A stretch of DNA of 64,000 nt from Octopus vulgaris (GCA_951406725.2 OX597837.1:45756001-45820000); one strand, 5' to 3'. Positions 1-12,987 are shown, numbered from the stretch's first letter. Notes: generated by a model not told the origin, from the sequence alone. Made by a program: numbers and translations.

Positions 1-192
1 ACATACATACATACATATACATACATACACATACATACATACATATATATATATACATACATACATACATACATATATATACATACATACAAACATATAC
101 ATACATACATATACATACATATACATACATACATACATACATATACATACATACATATGCATACATACATACATACATATACATACATAAAC

Positions 193-241
<49 letters not shown>

Positions 242-270
242 CATATATACACACACACATATATATATAT
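1..270. repeat. (CATA)n/(TA)n microsatellite
   Basis: Direct inspection; one of very many CA/TA/CATA/GA tracts in the window. Confidence 0.95.
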
Positions 271-754
271 ATTCCTTATGCATTCCAAAATTGAGTTACC
301 GATTTTGATGTATGGTGTATTAAAAGATTCAGAACTATTTCGGCTACAAATTAAACTTAATTTCCATTCACGTATTTGCATTTCAAAAATTTAACATTAC
401 AATCTTTCCCATAAATCAACTTTCCTAAACATTTTATAAATGTGTGTGGACCTCTTAAGGTACATCATTCATCACAACACACACCTTCATTCACTCACTC
501 TATCTCTCTTTCTCCCGCTCACACACACACACACACACGCCCATTTCATATACACGTACATACAACTTTCACTTTCTCATCTCCTTCTCTGTCCTTTTCG
601 CTGTCTCTTCTTCCAATTTCTGCTCTCTTCAGATAAATTTTTAAGGAATGAGTGGGACAAACACAAAATGAGCCACCACAGCAGAATGGAGTGTCAGTGT
701 ATGTATTGACTGACACAACCAGAGAGCCATGCTTGCTCCTGAGTTTTTATATTG

Positions 755-1172
755 TGGCTGTGTGGTAAGAAGCTTGCTTCCCAACCACATGGTTCCAGGT
801 TCAGTCCCACTGCATGGCATCTTGGGCAAGTGTCTTCTATAGCTTCAGGCCGACCAAAGCCTTGTGAGTGGATTTGGTAGACGGAAACTGAAAGAAGCTC
901 ATCATATGTATGTATGTATGTATGTGTGTGTATGTGTTTGCATGCATGCATGCATGTATGTATTTGTGTGTGTGTGTGTTTGTATGATTTTGTCCTCCAC
1001 TGCCATTGCTTGACAGCCAATGCTGGTGTGTATAAGTCCCCATAACTTGGCAGTTCAGCAAATGAGACCGATAAAATAAGTACTAGGATTACAAAGGATA
1101 AGGCCTGGGGTTGATTACTTCAACTAAAACCCTTTAAGGCAGTGTTCCAGCATGGCCACAGACAAATGAGTA
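755..1172 (+). mobile_element. tRNA-derived SINE family A, near full length
   Basis: Head GGCTGTGTGGTAAGAAGCTT...GGTTCAGTCCC (A/B-box-like), CORE-like CTTGGGCAAGTGTCTT, internal microsatellite, tail CCAGCATGGCCACAG; about 20 related copies in the window. Confidence 0.85.
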
Positions 1173-1185
1173 ACATATATATATA

Positions 1186-1334
1186 GGGAGAGTTTACGAA
1201 AGAAACAAAAGACGAAGACAGGTGGTGTACAAAACAAACAGATGTATTAGTATAACGCTCAGGAATAGAAAAAGCCTTTTACGTTTCGAGCCTACGCTCT
1301 TCCACAGAAAGGGACACAGAAAAAACAAGGAGAG
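1186..1334 (-). mobile_element. PLE terminal-repeat fragment (family F) with hammerhead-like motif
   Basis: Near-identical to 20814-21001 and the reverse complement of 61545-61768; abuts (TA)n; minus strand reads CCTTT-CTGTGGA-AGAGCGTAGGCTC-GAAACGTA-AAAGG. Confidence 0.7.
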
Positions 1335-1379
1335 GCGACTAATGTGGCCCAAAAAGCAATCATTCTCCTCTGTAAGGTG

Positions 1380-1528
1380 TTTGATGTTAGGAAGGGCATC
1401 CAGCTGTAAAACCCCTTCCAAAACATCCAGTGAAGATCGATGCAGTCTTCTGGCTTGCCAGCTCCTGTCAACCCATCCGACCCATGCCAGCATGGAAAGT
1501 GGAATGTTAAATAACGATAACGATGATA
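1380..1528 (+). mobile_element. RTE LINE 3' tail fragment (family E)
   Basis: GTTAGGAAGGGCATCCAGCTGTA matches the 3' UTR of the LINE at 62916-64000; ends CCCATGCCAGCATGGAAA followed by GAT-type repeats. Confidence 0.75.
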
Positions 1529-1984
1529 GTGGTGGTATCAATCTGTCTCTTCGGTAACACTTTGAAAGCAGATAAGATACGTTTCCTCAGAATCTCAAAG
1601 ATAAACACTGTTTTATGTCATAGAAAAGTCTTGTAATGTTGATGTAATTATATTAATTTGACGGCAGAAATAAACTCATCACAATAATGTTTGTCTGCAG
1701 TGTCTCTTTTGATTGTCACTGATGATAAATAAACTTTGAAGGGAAGCGGGGGGGAAAAAGAGATGAAAGAGATAAGGGATTGTCACTTCACAGTAAGAGA
1801 AATACTTATTTTAAAAGGGTTTATTGATAATTAGATAAATATGATGATAAAAATGCTTTGATTTTGATTTTTTTTTTTTCAACATAAATATTATGGCATC
1901 TGATGTTTTGTTCATTTCTCTTTTCTTTCCTTCATAATTTGGTCATTTTCCAAAACTGATTTAAGAAAAAAAAAAAAAAGCACA

Positions 1985-2117
1985 TAGGTGCAGGTGTGGC
2001 AAGAAGCTTGCTTCCCAACCACATGGTTCGGGGTTCAGTCCCACTGTGTGGCACCCTAGGAAAGTGTTTTCTACTATAGGCTCAGGCCAACAAAAGACAG
2101 AAACTGAAGGAACCCTG

Positions 2118-2120
<3 letters not shown>
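1985..2120 (+). mobile_element. SINE family A 5' fragment
   Basis: AAGAAGCTTGCTTCCCAACCACATGG...GGTTCAGTCCCACTG. Confidence 0.8.
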
Positions 2121-2193
<73 letters not shown>

Positions 2194-2195
2194 TT

Positions 2196-2351
2196 GTGGA
2201 GGCGCAATGGATCAGTGGTTAGGGCAGCGGACTCGCTGTCGGAGGATAGCGGTTTCGATTCCCAGACCGAGCATTGTGTGTGTTTATTGAGCAAAAACAC
2301 CTAAAAGGTCCACAAGGCTCCGGCATGGGGTAGTGGCGACCCCTGTTGTAT
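2196..2351 (+). mobile_element. tRNA-derived SINE family C, 5' part
   Basis: A-box-like TGGATCAGTGG, B-box-like GTTTCGATTCC; reverse-complement match to 28237-28537. Confidence 0.8.
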
Positions 2352-2703
2352 CAAAAAAAGCGGCGGTGCATGAGCATGGCTGCAGCTCCCAGTTGAAACT
2401 ACAAAAAAATTTTTTATATATACACACACACACACACACACAAACATCCAGCTGTAGAAACCATGCCACCACAGGCAAGTTGTCCAACCCATGCCAGCAT
2501 GGAAAACAGACATTAAATGATGATGATGATGATGAGAGCTGGTAGAAGGTTTAGATGTTATTTCTAGCAGGTCAAGTGATTGTATATGGACTCCTTGTTG
2601 TCAACTGTGGGCCAACAGGTAGGATTGTGGCACAAATGAGAAGAGTGAAGTCACGACCACTTAAAGAGAGACGGCTTGGCTGGCCACATCCTTAGTTTTA
2701 GGC

Positions 2704-2790
2704 TAGGGGCTCCCAAACTTTTTCAGACTGCCAACCCCTGGGCACCCAGGCCACATTCCTTGCACCCCCACCACACCAACTTACCACCAC
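2704..2790 (+). mobile_element. possible hAT-type MITE end
   Basis: TAGGGGCTCCCAAACTTTTT resembles hAT/Charlie termini (CAGGGGTTCCCAAACTT); no partner TIR found. Confidence 0.35.
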
Positions 2791-2966
2791 AAACATAGAC
2801 CACTTTCTGTCACAAATTTATTTTTAGAAAAAAACTGTATTACACAAATAAAAATTTACCCAAATTTACCCATTATTCTTTTATTCTTGGACTTCTTTCA
2901 GCCATTTGAAGTGGCCATGCTGGAGCACTGCTTTAAAGAGTTTTAGTTGAATGTATCAAACACAGT

Positions 2967-3368
2967 ACATTATTTACATTCGATGGATATTTGTCCTCAT
3001 CTTGTTTGTTGTTAATACAACTTCCTCAGGTGTGTTGGGGAAATTTCGAACCTGAATTCTTATTCCTAAGGTATTTTTCGATGTTAGGTCACTGCTTGGA
3101 ATCAAACTCGGAATCTTGGAATTAATAGCCCACGCTCTTAACCACTACGCCATATGCTTGTGGGCAATTATGGAGTGAATATTAGGGTTTATAAATCTAA
3201 TATTTTTCTATCCTTCCTTAATACTGGTTCCCATATGCTGCTCATATCTGCACTCAGTCTAGTTAGGAGGCTGTTTTGTCCTAGCATATGTGCTGCTTCT
3301 TTTAGTTTCCGTATTTTCCAGTGATGTTCACTGTCTATTATTTTAACTTCATCCCACAGGGGGAGATA
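2967..3368 (-). mobile_element. PLE 3' end: GIY-YIG endonuclease C-terminus, tRNA-like segment and hammerhead remnant
   Basis: Minus 3368-3189 translates YLPLWDEVKIIDSEHHWKIRKLKEAAHMLGQNSLLTRLSADMSSIWEPVLRKDRKILDL*, fitting the PLE endonuclease tail pattern; then A/B boxes and ACAC-CTGAGGA. Confidence 0.75.
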
Positions 3369-3374
3369 GTTTTT

Positions 3375-3655
3375 TCAACTCTGGTACTTATTACACCAGT
3401 CTCTTTTGCTGAACTGCTAAATTACAGGGATGTAAGTACACCAACATTGGTTGCCAAGCAGACACAAACACACAAATATACACATATATACGATGATATT
3501 CTTTCAGTTTCCATCTACCAAATCTACTCACAAAGCTTTGGTTGGCCTGAAGCTATAGTAGAAGACACTTGCCCACGGCGTCACATAGTGGGACTGAACC
3601 CAGAACCATGTGGTTGGGAAGCAAGCTTCTTACGAAACAGCCACACTTGTGCCTG
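3375..3655 (-). mobile_element. SINE family A
   Basis: Reverse complement of the family A head and body. Confidence 0.8.
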
Positions 3656-3699
3656 TTATATATATATATTGTTTTTACATTCATTGCCACCCTCTCCCC

Positions 3700-3920
3700 C
3701 ATCCTTGGCCACCCGACACCGAGAGCATCGATGGATGGATGAATGCACATCCAGGCTCAGCGGTTGCGTAGGAAGTCGGGGACAAGAAACAGGAAGAAAG
3801 AGTGAGAGAAAGTTGGAGTGAAAGAGTACAACAGGGGTCGCCACCATCCCCTGCCGGAGCCTCGTGGAGCTTTAGGTGTTTTCGCTCAATAAACACACAC
3901 AACGCCCGGTCTGGGAATTG
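3700..3920 (-). mobile_element. SINE family C, variant tail
   Basis: GAGTACAACAGGGGTCGCC...CTCAATAAACACACACAACGCCCGGTCTGGGAAT shared with 28237-28537. Confidence 0.7.
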
Positions 3921-4204
3921 GATGTTGTTGCTGTTGGTCATCTTCTTCTCTTCTTCTCCTCTTCTTCTTCTTCATCTTTTGTTTGAGATTCTTGGGGTTT
4001 AATTACAGAGTTTCTTAAACGATGATGCAATTCAAAAAAACACTACACTGCAAGAAGTCACTAATTTAAATTTCAATTAAAAAGTTGTTGTAGTCGTTAT
4101 GGCTTTGTTGATGATACGTTACAGATGTAGTAATTACTGTGATGATCTTGGTAGTGGTAGAAGTGGTGGTGGTGGTGGTGGTGGTGGTTACTTTAGTCAG
4201 TATT

Positions 4205-4365
4205 GGCTCAGTGGTTAGAGTGTAAGGCTCACAATCATGAAGATGTGAGTTCAATTCTCGACGGGGCTGTGTGTTGCATTCTTGAGCAAGTCATTTTATT
4301 TCACATTGCTCCAGTTCACTCAGCTGTAGAAATGAGTTGTGATGTCACGGGTGCCAAGCTGTATC
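4205..4365 (+). mobile_element. tRNA-derived CORE-like SINE family D, 5' part
   Basis: GGCTCAGTGGTTAGAG A box, GAGTTCAATTC B box, CTTGAGCAAG...CACTCAGCTGTAGAAATGAG CORE-like block. Confidence 0.8.
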
Positions 4366-4609
4366 ACTCTCTGATGACAGGCTTCTTTCCGTTTCCATCT
4401 ATAAATCCACTCACAAGGCTTTTGATCAACCCGAGGTGCCACGCAGTCGGATTGAACCCTGAACCATGTGATGGAAAAGAGGATTCAATACATTTCAATA
4501 CTAACTTCTCAACAGATAAACATGATACATGCATGTGTAGATGGGGTGGGGTGCACACGTATGTGTGTGCCTGTGAGTATACACCTTGTAGGATGAGTAT
4601 TAAAAAACT

Positions 4610-5352
4610 CCCTTCAGTCATAAATGACCATGGGATTGCACCTAGAAAGTTTCCCTTCTTATTTCTTTACTGCCCACTAGGGGCAACACACAGAGGGGAC
4701 AAACAAGGACAGACAAACAGATTAAGTCGATTATATTGACCCCAGTGCGTAAATGGTACTTATTTAATTGACCCCGAAAGGATGAAAGGCAAAGTTGACC
4801 TCGAAGGAATTTGAACTCAGAAAGTCGTGTCAGACAAAATACCTATTTCTTTATTACCCACAAGGGGCTAAACACAGAGAGGACAAACAAGGACAAACAA
4901 ACGGATTAAGTCAATTATATCGACCCCATTGCGTAACTGGTACTTAATTTATCGACCCAGAAAGGATGAAAGGCAAAGTCGATCTCGACGGAATTTGAAC
5001 TCAGAACGTAACAGCAGATGAAATACCACTAAGCATTTCACCCGGTGTGCTAACGGTTCTGCCAGCTCGCCGTCTGAGGAACAAGTCCGGGCAAGGTTGT
5101 TTATGGAAGACCAGCAGTCACCCATGCATACCAGCCTCCACTCTCCACACCACCAATGTTATCCAAGGGAAAAGCAAAGCCCAATACAGCTTGGAACCAA
5201 TGATGTCACAACTCATTTCTACAGCTGAGTGAACTGGAGCAACATGAAATAAAGTGTTTTGCTCAAGAACACAACATGCAGCCCAATCCAGGAATCGAAC
5301 TGACTACCTTGTGATTGTGAGCCCGATGCCCTAACCACTGACCCATGCATCT
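4610..5352 (-). mobile_element. SINE family D interrupted by a family B dimer
   Basis: 4610-4657 plus 5074-5352 reassemble into a copy collinear with 15062-15392. Confidence 0.75.
4657..5072 (-). mobile_element. tRNA-derived SINE family B, tandem dimer
   Basis: Two units containing GAAAGGATGAAAGGCAAAGT(C/T)GA and GGAATTTGAACTC; the central GCCTTTCATCCTTTC block recalls Meta/Sauria-type SINE domains (from memory, unverified). Confidence 0.85.
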
Positions 5353-5641
5353 CCACTCATCCTTTTAGCATGTGTATGATACTTCATAAGATCTGAAAAT
5401 TAAACAATTGTGACATCAAACACGTTGGTGATTTACATCGAGAAAACTTGTGAATTTATTTTAATAAATTTACGTCTGAATCACACAAGAGGACAATGAG
5501 TGTTATCTTGTATTGGTGGTGAAAGTGTGAGGAAGGTTGATTCCAGAGGAATTCCTGCAGAAGAGGAGCAAAGGTTTGGAGCAGCAAAAACAAATCTGCC
5601 AGGCAGCTTGATACACACACACACACACACACATGCAAACA

Positions 5642-6002
5642 TACTACTACTACTACTACTACTACTACTAATACTACTACTACCACCACCACCACCACCA
5701 CTACCACTACTACTACTACCACCACCACCACCACCACCACTACTATTACTACTACTAATACTACTACTACTACTGCCACCGCCACCACCAATACTACCAC
5801 CACTACTACCACTACCACCACCACCACTACTACTACTACCACCACCACCACTACTACTACCACCAGCACCACCACTACTACCACTACTACTACCACCAGC
5901 ACCACCACTACTACTGCCACTACTACTACTACCACCACCACCACTACTACTACTACCACCACCACCACTACTACTACCACCACCACCACTACTACCACCA
6001 CC

Positions 6003-6034
<32 letters not shown>

Positions 6035-6066
6035 CACCAGCACCACCACTACTACTAATACTACTA
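5642..6066. repeat. (CTA/CCA)n trinucleotide repeat
   Basis: Direct; explains the poly-L/P and poly-V ORFs. Confidence 0.95.
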
Positions 6067-6564
6067 CATCATCCTCATACTACTTCTACAACTATTACGA
6101 CAACATCATCATTGCCAGACATACTAATGGAAGGTAACTATGGTAGCTTTTACACCACACACATACTACAAGTGCAGGTGTCTCTGTGTGGTCAGGTAGT
6201 AAGCTTCAGAGCCACATGGTCAGGGTTTCAATTCCACTGCACAAACACGGGCTGGCATCTTTTGTACGATGATGATCTTATATGCATGTGTGTACACACA
6301 CACACACACACACACACACAAGTTGTGTGTGTTTTTGTGTGTACATGCATATGTATCTCTCACCAATGTATAGCAGTTGAAAGATGTAAGCATCATCCAA
6401 GAAAAAAATCCAATAAATTCATGCTTTTGACCAGTAATACCCAGTGTACTATTTGTTCCACCCATGTTGCATACATGGTCCCTTACTACTCCATCTATCA
6501 CAAAATGCTGTAAATCAATGAGAGGCACATGACTAATAACACTTTATACTGATCATAACAATAT

Positions 6565-6960
6565 ATTTGTTTCAGTCATTAGACTGAGGTCATGCTGGAG
6601 CAATGATTTGAAGGGTTTTAGTTAAACAAATCAACCCCAGCATTTATTTATTTTTTAAATTTATTCTAATTTTGGTAATTATTCTATTGATCTCTTCTAT
6701 CAAACCACTAAGTTATAGTGATGTAAACAAACCAACAAGCAAGAGGCAGGGCCCACAAACACACACATACACACAGATATATACATATATATTATACATA
6801 TACAATGGGATTCTTTCAGTTTCCATTCTACCAAAACCACTCACAAGGTTTTGACCGACCAGACACTATAGAAGAAAACACTTGCCCAAGGTGTACCATG
6901 TATTGGGATTGAACCTGGAGCCAGATGACTGGGAAGCAAAATACATACCAGGCAGCCACG
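6565..6960 (-). mobile_element. SINE family A, diverged
   Basis: TTGTTTCAGTCATT...CATGCTGGAGCA tail through CACTTGCCCAAGGTG...GGGAAGCAA head. Confidence 0.75.
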
Positions 6961-7274
6961 TTAAAAACAAAAAAAAAAATCAAAAAACAATCAACAATGA
7001 GCTCAGTGCAAAGATTCAGTTTCACCTCCCAGTTGATGCTAATCCGCTTCATATACACCCATACCCCGTTCCACCAATGACCTTGAGAAAGGCATGAATG
7101 ATACACACTCCCAGATTCATGGTCAGCCCTCGTTATCCCTTAGAAGTTAATGACCGACATTGCTCGTTAATTAAATGATCAATGAATGAGTTAAGCTATC
7201 GTTCAATCCGTGAATGAAACAAGAATCTCATTCAATCAAACACTTAATTTCTTCAGATGTCCACTGATACTACA

Positions 7275-7400
7275 TTCCTGTTTTCTGTCATTCCAGCATT
7301 CTGTCATTCTGTTTGTTCTGCCAGTCTGCTACTCTGCTATTCGTTTGTTCCTGCATTCAGTTATTCTGCCATTCCTGCATTCAGTTATTCAGTTGTTTCG
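7275..7400. repeat. degenerate 8-bp minisatellite (ATTCTGTC/ATTCCTGC/ATTCAGTT)
   Basis: ATTC recurs with roughly 8-nt period. Confidence 0.65.
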
Positions 7401-7914
7401 GAATATACGTACAAAGCGGACTTATCCAAAACTGTTCCACTTGGGAAAGTTATATACATATACACACATACATACACAAACAAACACAAACATATATATA
7501 TACACACATACACACACACACATATATATATACACACATACACACACACACATATATACACATACATACATACATACACACACACATATATACACATACA
7601 TACACACGTAGACATATATACACATACATACACACATAGGTTTTTATTCTCACACTCACTCAGAGACACACACATATATAAATATAAATATATATACATA
7701 TATATATATATATACACACACACACAAATATATACACATACTCACTCAGACACACACACACATATATATATATATACACACACACATAGACACTCACATA
7801 AATATATATACACACAAATATTTATATACACATACACAAACACACACACACACACATGTTCATATGTATGTTTGTATGCATGCTTGCATGTAAGTCTGTA
7901 AATTGTCAAGGAAC

Positions 7915-8245
7915 AAGAGGAGAGAGCGTCAAGGAAGGAGTGGATGAGGAGGGAGAAAGGAGAGAGAGTGTGAGAAGACGGAGAGAATATAAGCCAGAGA
8001 GAGAGAGAGAAGAAGGAGAAGAAGGGAAGATAAAGAGTAAGGAGAGTGATTGAAAAAAATACGGGGAAAGAACAGCAGAAGACAGGAAGAAGAAAAGAAA
8101 GAGAAGGAAGAATGAGAGGAAGGGGAGAAGGAGAGATAGAAAGAAAGGAGAGGAAGGAAAATAGGAGGAGTAACATGGAGAGGAGAGAGAGAGGGAAATA
8201 GAAAGGTAGAGAGTGAGTCTGGGGAAAAGTAGGAAGAGGCAGAGG

Positions 8246-8285
<40 letters not shown>

Positions 8286-8300
8286 TGGAAGGAAAGAGGA
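7915..8300. repeat. purine-rich GA tract
   Basis: Nearly pure A/G on the + strand, upstream of the candidate exon. Confidence 0.85.
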
Positions 8301-8498
8301 AGTGTGAGAAAGAGCACGTGTATGTGTAGGTGTGTGCGAGTGTATTTATGAATGCGTGCATTCGTGTGTGTGTTGGGAGACAGAGAGACGGAGAGAGAAG
8401 AGGAGAGATAGGATCCTAAGAAGCAAGCAGATATACATACATACATACATACATATATATATATATATACATACATATATATATATACATATATATTC

Positions 8499-8539
<41 letters not shown>

Positions 8540-9007
8540 CATATATATATATATACATATATATATTTATATATATACATATATATACATATATATATAT
8601 ATATACAGAGAGAGAGAGAGAGAGAGGGAGAGATACATAGACAGACAGATAGATGGAAGAATAGATAGAGAGAGAGATAGATAGATAAAGAAAGAAGAGA
8701 AAATTTAGTAAAAGAGACAGAGAGAGACAAAGTTAGCAGGAGAGAGAGAGAGAGAGAGAGAGAGGGAGTGTCAGATGAAAGTGAAACAAGGAGAGACAGA
8801 CTGCGTCTATGAGTGTAAAAGAAGAAGCATGAGAGTATGTGTGTATGCGTGCATGCGTGAGTACATGTGTGCATATACGTGTACGTGAGTGCGCGCACGC
8901 GTGTGTGCGTGTGCGTGTGTGTGTGTGTTTGTGTGTGGGTGTGAATGACTGCTTGTGTGCGTGTGTATGTGTATGTGTGTGTGTGTGTGTGTGTGTCTGT
9001 GCGTGCG

Positions 9008-9040
<33 letters not shown>

Positions 9041-9072
9041 CAGAAGGAAAGCGCTAGCCGGAGAAGTTTACG

Positions 9073-9152
9073 ATGACTTCCAGTACGATACGCGTACGCT
9101 GCACATGTGGAGCCCCGCTATGTAATAGCAACAACTATGAGCCTATGACAAG
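9073..9152 (+). CDS. candidate first coding exon of an unidentified gene (MTSSTIRVRCTCGAPLCNSNNYEPMT-, phase 2)
   Basis: Unique CpG-rich island in CpG-poor DNA, open frame from ATG 9073, perfect donor AAG|GTAAGT at 9152/9153; no homologue recognised and it could be a UTR exon. Confidence 0.4.
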
Positions 9153-9659
9153 GTAAGTGGAAAAACAACCGACTGACAATCACAACAACAACAACAACAA
9201 CAACTACTGCTGCAACAACAAATGCAACTACAACAACAAAAAAATCTACGACCGATACGACAGAGTTCGCATGTGTGTATATTATGTTCTATAATAACAG
9301 AGAGAGCTTTGTATATATGCTTGTATGTGTGTCTGTGTGTGTGTATATGGGTATATGTGTTTGCTCACATATATATATATACATATATATATATATGTAT
9401 GTATACAATGATAATCATGTTTGTATTTCTGCAGTTACATGCGTGTACATGTGTAGATATATATGTGCATATATATGTATGTATATGTGTATATATACTT
9501 CTGTAAAAACGTGTGTGTATGTTTGCAGAGAAAGAGAAAGAGAGAGAGAAAGAGAAACAAGTAAAATATATAAAAAAAAAAGGGCAGCTGAAAGAAAGAA
9601 AGAGAAGAAAAACAAAGTGTGTATGTATATATATATATATATATATACACATATATATG

Positions 9660-9697
<38 letters not shown>

Positions 9698-10235
9698 TAT
9701 ATATGTATGTATGTATGTATATGAGAGAATTTAAGGAAGCGGAGAGCAAGGATCCTTTAACACTCCTTGTGTCTTTTCTAAAGTCTGTCCACAACAATAC
9801 ACACACAAAACAAAAAAAAAGAGTCAGCCTTCTCCTGAGAGACATGGGGCTAATTCATCATTTCATTTATGTTGACGCTGTTGTTGTTGTTGTTGTTGAT
9901 GTGATATTTCTATTTCTTCTTTATAACTTATTTCCAAAAAAAAAAAAAGTTTTTAAAAAAATCAAAATTAAAAAAAAAAAAGCGAAATAATGAACAATTA
10001 AACACAATGAAAATATGAAAAGAACAGGAATTTTATAAGGGGTGGGAGATATATATGGGACAGTGGATGGGGTGGGTAGCTATATCGCTTCGTGTTTGTG
10101 CCGTCCCATCTATCGTGGTCCCTTTTTATCGATAATTCTTACAGAAGGAACCCAAAATTATTCAAACAGCAACATGTCAGATAGATGGGTGGGGAGTGGT
10201 CAAAAATGCTGTCAATTCTTCAGGGATTTATATAT

Positions 10236-10275
<40 letters not shown>

Positions 10276-10908
10276 CAGACAGACAGATAGAGGCATGCAC
10301 ACACACTATTACTATGAATAAAATTCCATAAAAATATTCTTTTCCATGGAGCATTCCTAACCTATAGCTTTCTATATATATATTTATATATATAAGCATA
10401 TATATATATATATATACACACATGTATGTAGAAAAAAATATATATATATAAATGTATACTTGCATGTAAATAGAAATATATATATAAATGTATATACATG
10501 TATGTATGCTTGCATGTATGTATGTATATGTGTGTATACATACTTGCATGTATGTAGAAATATATATATAAATGTATATACATGTATGTATGCTTGCATG
10601 TATGTATATGAGTATATATATATATATATATATACACACACATACATACTTACACACACACACGGGCATATAAAGTTATGAATATTTCTGAAATATGAAA
10701 AGAAGAATGTTATTTCAGTAGAAAAAGTTTACAAGAAGTGTTTCCTGAGATTGAACCCAAAGCTATAAGTTCATAACGTGACTGAAGTACACAGGATAGG
10801 TAACCAAGTGTCACTGATTAGAATATGTATATATGCTTATATTCACCTGTATATACCTACACTGATACACACGGACACACACAGGGACACATACATACAT
10901 ACATACAT

Positions 10909-10939
<31 letters not shown>

Positions 10940-12987
10940 TGGACACATACAGATATACGTGCAAAGTAAAAGTCTTCTCTTCATTAGAGACTCCCTTAAT
11001 GACGCTAAACCAAAATCGAGAAAGAAAAATACACAAAATCACACAAGAAATTCAGAGAATCATGCTAAAAGGAAATTTTCATATTTTCCTTTCAAATTTG
11101 GATTCGTTAAGAAAGAAAATAATAAACAAAAATAAACTGAAGATTTGTTTGATAATGGCATCAAAACTTTGCTACATATTATCTAAGAGATAATACCTCC
11201 TCTTTAAACTAAGAAACAAAATATAAAAAGATAAGAATATATGCTAATTTTTTTTCAATTTTACAGGGTATATATTTCATCCTATAGAATTGTTCTTAAT
11301 ATGAAAAAGATGTGTGTGTGGAGGAGAGTAAGCAGAATGTGATATATATGTGATTGTAGTTTGATTGCCAAGTTTTAAGTGAGCAACGTTTGCTTTCAAT
11401 CAAATGTATTTCTTAAAAAGATATACAGATAATGGTAAAAGATGGAGGGTAAAAGAAATATTTAATGAAAAACTCACAGTGAACATTAATCCGTGTCTGG
11501 TCTTTCTACCCTTTTTTTTTTCTCTTATGTTCTCTTCTTCAAGTTTGTTTGTTCTACAATAAATGAAAGGAAAAATGGAAAAAAAACATTGCAAATGAAT
11601 TATGATTGATTTGACTGATGGATATACAAATGGAGACATGAGTTGTTGACTGATGGATAGGTATATCAATGAATTATGACTGACGAAGGACTGCATGGAA
11701 ATATGGAGGGTTAAAAAAGTTTACTCAATTTGGCCTTATTCAAGATGAAACAAGAAAATGGTGCTAATCTATAAATCAAAATAAAACTAAGGAAATAAAT
11801 CTTTCTTTTCAATTTATCTTTGCTTTTTAAACTATTTCTTTCTTCAAACATAATGAAGAAACATTTGAAATACATATCATGATCATATACGCCTAATGGG
11901 GAAAGACTGTTGCAGAAAGATAAACTCAAATTTAATGAGAAAAACAAAACATTTAAGAAATATATTTCAACAAAATCTTTCTGCCAAGTTAGTTTGAATA
12001 TTTTTCCTTCAAAACTTAACTATATGAGCTGTTCAAAAGAAAAGAAAATAAAAGCTCTCCTCACCCACTAAAGAAAGAAGGAAGGCAAACTTCACAATTA
12101 AAGATAAAAAGATGGCTAAGTATTATTTTCATTTCAATCAAGACTACTTTTAATAAAAACACAAAAACAATTAGATTAAAAATAAAAATGAATAAAAAAA
12201 AATGAATGGAATCTCACCATTAAATTAATATGAATCTATTTCAATCAAGCTTATTCTTAAAAATATTACAACAATAGGGAAAAATGTAGAAAAAGAAAAA
12301 TAATGTGAACAAAAAACAACATGAAAAATATCAGCTCTCCACACATTTACACATGTTCAATAGAAGAGTTTCTCAGATAAGGTGTCGGTGGGGTGGTTGA
12401 CTGACAAAGGAGAGGCTCAGACTATAATTGTTACTGCTTTATTAATTCGTTGCGACTTCATTTCGTTAGATAGTTTATTGTTATTCCCAATTCCCTATCA
12501 CAAAACATAATTAAATGTCTTCAAAATAACACATGTGTATCAGTGTGTCTTTGTATGTGTGTATGCGTCTGTTTGTGTGCATGTGTATGGGAGACTATTA
12601 GACAGAGAGAGTGTACATGTGTATCAGTATATGCATGTATAATAACATATATATATATGTATATATATGTGTGTGTATATACATATATATATATATGTGT
12701 GTGTGTGTGTATATATATATGCATCTCTATATATAAATCATATCAATACCCTTGTATATTTTTCCTCTTCTATCTTTAACTTTCTACACACACACACACA
12801 CACACATATATTTCTATATAAGTATTTGTATGAATACATACACACATACTTATGGATAGATAGATAGACAGACAGAAATATCTATACATCTACACACAAG
12901 TGTGTCTATATATATATATATATATATAAATATATACAACATATGCACAGACATAATTCTTTGTGTGCATGTGTGTGTGTATATATG

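Noticed and set aside
5456-6513. Long ORFs (337 aa poly-L/P, 197 aa poly-V)
   Set aside because: Stop-free CTA/CCA microsatellite; no domain and no splice evidence
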